DNA from: Flaccisagitta enflata
Lineage: Eukaryota
Assembly (NCBI GenBank): GCA_965153355.1
Contig: OZ231126.1
Location: 47,430,001 to 47,494,000 of the forward strand
Direction of reading: 5' to 3'
Length of the DNA: 64,000 nt
The notes below the pieces were generated by a model. That model ran no database searches. It was not told the DNA's origin and worked only from the letters and a program-made list of their open reading frames with translations. Made by a program: the position numbers and the translations under genes. Shown here piece after piece: positions 58,008 to 64,000 of the stretch. How positions within the stretch are numbered: position 1 is the stretch's first letter; each line of letters opens with the position of its first letter.

Positions 58008-59008
58008 AATATATTAGTTATTCGATTTGGTACTTTACTCAGCTTCATTGCATTCCAACAGTATTGGCAAAACAATTGCGCAACTGCAAAAGAATGCAAT
58101 TGTGGATCATCCCAGGTTATACTGTGTTTGCAAATTAAAAAAAAAAAAGAACAACCAAAAAGAAAAACAAATTGGAGATTGGTATAACTTTCTTTTACTT
58201 GTGTTGTTAGTGAGTACACGCAGTACACACAATGACACTAAAAAAAAAACAAGGCCGGATACTCGGCAATCCAGTCCCGGACGGTTGGGCAGGAGCAGTA
58301 ATGCGAATACTGCTGGGAATTCAAAAATGTGACCTACCGACTTACCGACCTACCGACCGACACGGCAAGGTGTAGAGTCGCGTGTCCGCGACTAGAAATA
58401 TGTGAGACAGGCAGACAGACAGACAGACAGACAGAGTCAGATGTATAGATAACAATACAGACGCATACACAGATTGTGGACAGGAGAACTTTTTCTGTCG
58501 TTTTCATGCACCAAAACACGAGTGGCTCTTAAAGCTATGTTAGACCATTGTCATAAACACAACGTCTCCATTCATTTCATTGTTATTGTGCTTCGATATG
58601 ATCGTTTCGCTAAGTTGATGTCGAAATAAAGTATCAGCCGTATTTTGAGCCAAAGCATACAAGCAAAAAAGAAAAAAATACAACAAAAAATCCCCCCCCC
58701 CCACATTTCTGTTTCGAATCCTCCCACTCGTGGATTATGAAAAATGAGGGAAAATAAACAGATGAGCCTCTGATGTTGAGGAAGTCGATTTGTGTTTGGG
58801 TCGGCAATGGGAATTCTAATACATTCTAGAAAAACGCGTCCATTCGAGTTGTAGACTGAATTTACTGTCTGTCAAACTTTGTGTGAAATTTCGCTTTCTT
58901 ACTTTAACTTCACAATGCAAGACAATTTTAATCACGGATGCCTAGTTTTATTGTCTCAACGCTACAAGAAGCATCAATGTTATGCGCAGCAGTCTTGAAG
59001 GGGACTAA

Positions 59009-59011
<3 letters not shown>

Positions 59012-59104
<93 letters not shown>

Positions 59105-59142
59105 AATAACAACAAAAACAACAACAACAACAATAACAACAA

Positions 59143-59181
<39 letters not shown>
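59012..59181. repeat. (AAC)n microsatellite
   Basis: Direct inspection. Confidence 0.95.
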
Positions 59182-59999
59182 AGGAAAGGAAACAATTGCA
59201 TGCGAGCATCTAGATAAGATGTATCTAGTGTTATTCGTAAGCTAATATACTTTAAAATTGAAGGGATTAGCTTTCATTGGCAAAATCAATTTGTATTAGG
59301 GCGTCCTAAAAGAATTAATGATTAGGTCGATAATGCTCCCCTCCAAGGCCACACCCAACAATGGGGAGCTTGCTCGGCGCGCAATTTTTTTTAGGCATCG
59401 CAGTGACTCAAAATATCACCCACTTCTCACAAAAATTCCTTAGTTTCAAGGAAAATGACCTCAATTTAATTTCTAGTGTTCCGCACCAAGGTTATTGATG
59501 CAATAAAGAACTATTTTTTCCACAAAGTTGTTTTTCTCTGTTGCACTTGATTTGATTTGATTAAAGGTGGTTCTCACTGATAACCCGATTATCATCTTAT
59601 TCTTTACATTATTTTCATTTCTTTAGCCTCTGACACTCAACTCTATAAGAGGCTTTGTCCATCTATCTGTCCATCTGTCAGTCCAGATACTTTTTGTGTA
59701 TATTTGAGCAGCGGCATAGGGGAAGGGACTTTTGGGACTTTCAGGGAAGTCCGTTGTTGGGAAGGAAAACAAAACAAGTGACGCGGGGTCACAATATCGT
59801 TGCGGGCGGATGAGCAGGGGCATCCAACTTCCATTCACACCCTATGCCCCCCCCACATATTCACAAAAGGCATCTAAAATGTCATTTTCACATTGTCTGA
59901 CTCGTTTCCATGGACGGACCGACGGACCAATGGACCGACGGACCAATAGACCGACGGACAGACAAAGCCTCTTATAGAGTTGCATGTCCTAACTTAAAT

Positions 60000-61720
60000 A
60001 GTCAAAAGCGTTAGATGTCAGCGGTACCCGTGCCCTGCTTAAGTAGGTTGTGCTTGAAGTTGAGAAGCAGGCAGCGCCCCAAAGGGTCGATGACCTATCT
60101 TTCACACACATGGAAATTTTCTCTTCTGGGATTTGGGCCTTGAGAGGCTGGGATTTTGGCCTCAAGGCTGGGATTTGGGCCTCAAGGCTAGGGTTTGGGC
60201 CTCAAGCCTGGGATTTGGGCCTCAAGCCTGGGATTTGGGCTTCGAGCCTGGGATTTGGGCCTTGCCGCTGGGATTTGAGCCTCAAGGCTGGGACGTTGGC
60301 CTCAATGCTGGGATTTTGTCCTCAAGGCTGGGGTTTTGGCCTCTAGGTTTGGATTTGGGCCTCCAGGTTTGGATTTGGGCCTGGAGGCTGGGATTTGGGC
60401 CTCCAGGTTGGGATTTGGGCCGCAAGGCAGGAAATTGGGCCTGGAGGCTGGGATTTGAGTCCAGGAGGGGATGGACGGAGAAGAAGAAGAAGAAAATTCG
60501 CCATATGTGTGAAAGCATAGGTCATCGACCCCTTCGGGGCTGCTGCCCAAAAGGGAAGAAAGAAAAAGAAAGAAAAAGAAAACTGAGTAACAAAGAATGA
60601 CAGAAACAGATTTCAGGTCTGATAGGACAAATTTCAGGCCTGAGAGAGCCTGAGAGAGACAGACAGATGGATGGGCTGGCGAATGTATGGACGGATGGAT
60701 GGATGGAAAGACAGACAAACAAAAGTCCCTCTATTTTTTATAGGCCCAAAAAGCAGGGCAGCGTCCCCAAAGGGGACGAAGTCCTGTAGATTACAGGGGG
60801 ACTTTCGTTCGTTCGTCCGTTCGTTCGTTAGTTAGTTCGTTCGCCCCCCCCCCTTATCAGGCCCCTCAGGCCTAAAATCTGGCCTCTCAGGCCTCAAATC
60901 CAGCCTCTCAGGCCTCAAATCCAGCCTCTCAGGCCTCTAATCCAGCCTCTCCGGCCTCAAATCCAGCCTCTCAGGCCTCAAATCCAGCCTCTCTGGCATC
61001 AAATCCAGCCTCTCAGGCCTCAAATCCGACCTCTCAGGCCTCAAACCTGGCCTTTCAGACCACAAATTAGGCCTCGCAGGCCTCAAATCGAAATTCTCAT
61101 GCCTCAAACCTGTCCTCTCATGCCTCAAATTAGGCCTCAAGTTAGTCCTCTCAAGCTTCCAATTGGCATTCTCAGGCCTTACATCAGCCTTCTTAGACCT
61201 CAATTTAAGCTCTTGAAGGCCTTCAGTCAACCCTCTATGTAGCATCTCATCCACGTAAGGCAGGACAAACGAAAGTCCCCCTGTGTTCTACAGGACTTCG
61301 TCCCCTTCGGGGCCGCTGCCCTGCTTCCCCTCACTCCAACTCACAATCACTCAAAGCAGGGCAAAGGGTATCACTGACCATATATTGCCCTTGGGTGACC
61401 TGTTCTTACTCCAATTCACAACCATGCAAAGCAGGGCAAAGGGTATCACTGACCACATATTGCCACCTGTTATACTTTCAAGGATTGGGGCCCGGAGGCT
61501 AGGGTTGATGCCTCAAGGCTGGGATCGGCGCATAAGGGGGAGAAGAAAGGAAAAGAAGAAGAAGAAGAAGAAATAGAAGAAGAAGAAGAAGAAGAAGAAG
61601 CAGAAGAAGAAGAAGAAGAAGATGAAGAAGAAGAAGAAGAAGAAGGAGGAAGAGGAGAGGGAGAAAATCTTCCACATGTGTGAAAGCATAGGTCAACAGC
61701 CCCCTCGGGGCCGCTGCCCA
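60000..61720. mobile_element. Cluster of family A/B HINE-like elements
   Basis: B(-) 60000-60550, A fragments 60600-61404, duplicated 3' tail 61355-61470, B(-) 61480-61720. Confidence 0.75.
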
Positions 61721-61779
61721 AAAAGGAACAAAATGACAACAAAATTTTCAATTTCAAAAAATTTGGATGATGTCAAGTA

Positions 61780-62470
61780 CAGGTTCGGATGGATTATAAA
61801 ATGCTATATGTCACTTTCTAACCCACCCCACCCTACAGCCCAAACTATTTATAGTAGAGACATGAAATTTGGTATGGAAAGTCAGTGGGGGAATACTTTT
61901 TGGGCCATCAGAGGGTTTTTTCAATTTCCGCCCCTGAGCAGAGATATGGGGGTGGGGCGGTGTAACCCCTGAGGGTTAAAAAATCTCAAAAATTTTTTTT
62001 CATTTTTTTCCTATTTTTGAATTGTATTGGTTAAATCTAGTTTATATCATGGTGAATATACAAAAAATTTTGAATTATTCACAAAATTTGAAGAGTTATG
62101 CACTTTTAAACGTTAGCACGAGGTATTTCAAAAACATTAGAAATGCTTATAAAATCACTTAAAATTGGAATTTTTGAATAATTTTTAATTTTTCATGTTT
62201 ATTAGAGCCTAATACAACATATCCAATTGAAAAAATCCAAAATCCCAAAAAATATTTTTTTGAGATTTTTCAACCCTGAGGGGCTACCCCACCCCACCCC
62301 CATGTCTCTGCTCAGGGGCGGAAATTGAAAAAAACCCTCTGATGACCCAAAAAGTATTCCCCCACTGACTTTCCATACCAAATTTCATGTCTCTACTATA
62401 AGTGGTTTGGGCTGTAGGGTGGGGTGGGTTAGAAAGTGACATATAGCATTTTATAATCCATCCGAACCTG
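61780..62470. mobile_element. Tc1/mariner-type MITE
   Basis: TA|CAGGTTCGGATGGATTATAAAATG...CATCCGAACCTG|TA with >200-bp TIRs. Confidence 0.9.
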
Positions 62471-62486
62471 TAAGTTGCATCTCCGT

Positions 62487-62685
<199 letters not shown>

Positions 62686-63587
62686 GTTCCTGTACGGAAA
62701 AAGTTATTGCACAAAAAGTTTTTTGTCGGCTCCAGATTTTTATAAAGAGTGAAATTTGAGGAATTATTGTTTCATTTTAAGGGTGCTTTCTACAAATTAA
62801 CAGCGGGTATTCACCACGCATATCTATAAGTATGAGCTGAATAGCTGGTTTGTTGGTCTTCCAGTCTTTTTGTCAGCTGTGCTTGAGCTGAAAAGTTTCA
62901 AAGACACACGCTTTTCCTATGACCTTTATGCAATTGAATGGATAGAGCAAATTTAGTAACTGACCCTGCTCAAGTGCCTCATTCTGTCAATATCACTGCT
63001 CCTGTCTGGCCACACAAACTTTACAAAGAATGCACAAAGAGTGCACTGGTTTGAGGAAACACCATTCATCAGTGGGAAGAGCGAGTTTAACCAACATATC
63101 TCTGGCTGGGCAATGTGGGCAGGATCAGCGATATAGCCCATCTTTAAGGTGAATAAAACACTTGAACAGGGGCAGTGAGGCCAAAAATAAGTGACAGTTG
63201 GATAAACATCCCACCATTGCTGTATATAAAGTCTAGTGCAAAGAAATTGCATTTCAGTGTTTTTCAGAATTTCAACAACAACAACCACCTTGGTGCGGAA
63301 CGCTGGAAATTGATCTGAGGTCATTTTCCTTGAAACTGAGGGAATTTAGTGAAAAGTGGGTGATATTCTGAGCCACTGCGATGCCTGGAGAAAATTGTTT
63401 GCCGAACAAGCCCCCCACCCAACAATAATCGCCACCCTCTGTATTTGGCCCTTCTTCATTTCTGCACCGCTTGTAGCCTCTCATGAGTCTGCTTTGATTG
63501 CTTCACTTTGTTTTATTTTTTAGTCGCGTGCTACGCGACTCTATGAACCGCTATGTCGGTCCGTCGGTCCGTCGGTCGGCCCGTTGG

Positions 63588-64000
63588 CAGTCAGCGGACA
63601 AAACACAATAGGTATATATATCACTCCGTTGGTTTTGATTCAACCCACTGATGCTGAACAGAATGCTGTAAACAACAACTGGTTGTTGAAATTACAGCCG
63701 GCTGTTAAGTTACAAAGTTGGCAAAAATCCAACTTTCACCAAATAGAATGAGACCTGCAGATTCATAATCCTGATGAAATTCTGGGAAGTTTGATATGTC
63801 ACAACATATACTTTTAAATAAAAATAAAAATTTTTATCAATGTTTAATTTAATTATAATGCAATGCTAAAAAAATTATATCTTACAAAAAGTGTTAAGTG
63901 TGACATATCAAACTTTTCAGAATTTCATCAGGATTATGAATCTGCAGGTCTTATTCTAAATGGTGAAAGTTGGATTTTTGCCAACTTTGTAACTTAACAG
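63588..64000. mobile_element. Copy of the 25917-26439 MITE, inserted in a HINE-like element and cut by the window edge
   Basis: High identity to 25917-26330. Confidence 0.85.

Overview
Repeat-rich animal (probably invertebrate) nuclear DNA with GT-AG spliceosomal genes. All gene models below were assembled by hand from splice signals and reading phase. (1) A large + strand gene (visible 3041-46620, 5' end upstream of the window) encodes at least 768 aa with 17 copies of an unrecognised ~20-aa motif, [YT]xxVYDPxTxxxKLxxWxxY. It appears to have up to three alternative N-termini converging in phase on the exon at 30621, a recent 1.2-kb tandem exon duplication and a candidate 15-nt microexon. (2) A 9-exon, 390-aa rhodopsin-class GPCR lies at 53804-58007. 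(3) A 4.9-kb hAT transposon (4222-9119, perfect 8-bp TSD) carries a hATm-type transposase remnant and, on the other strand, an intronless, nonsense-disrupted Tpt1/KptA-like (RNA 2'-phosphotransferase / ADP-ribosyltransferase fold) passenger gene. This is the most unusual item in the window. The rest is nested non-autonomous DNA transposons (hAT, Chapaev-like, Harbinger-like, Tc1/mariner-like MITEs), several HINE/DINE-1-like families with internal mini/microsatellites, and long simple repeats, which explain most ORFs in the supplied track. Family assignments come from motif recall, not database searches.
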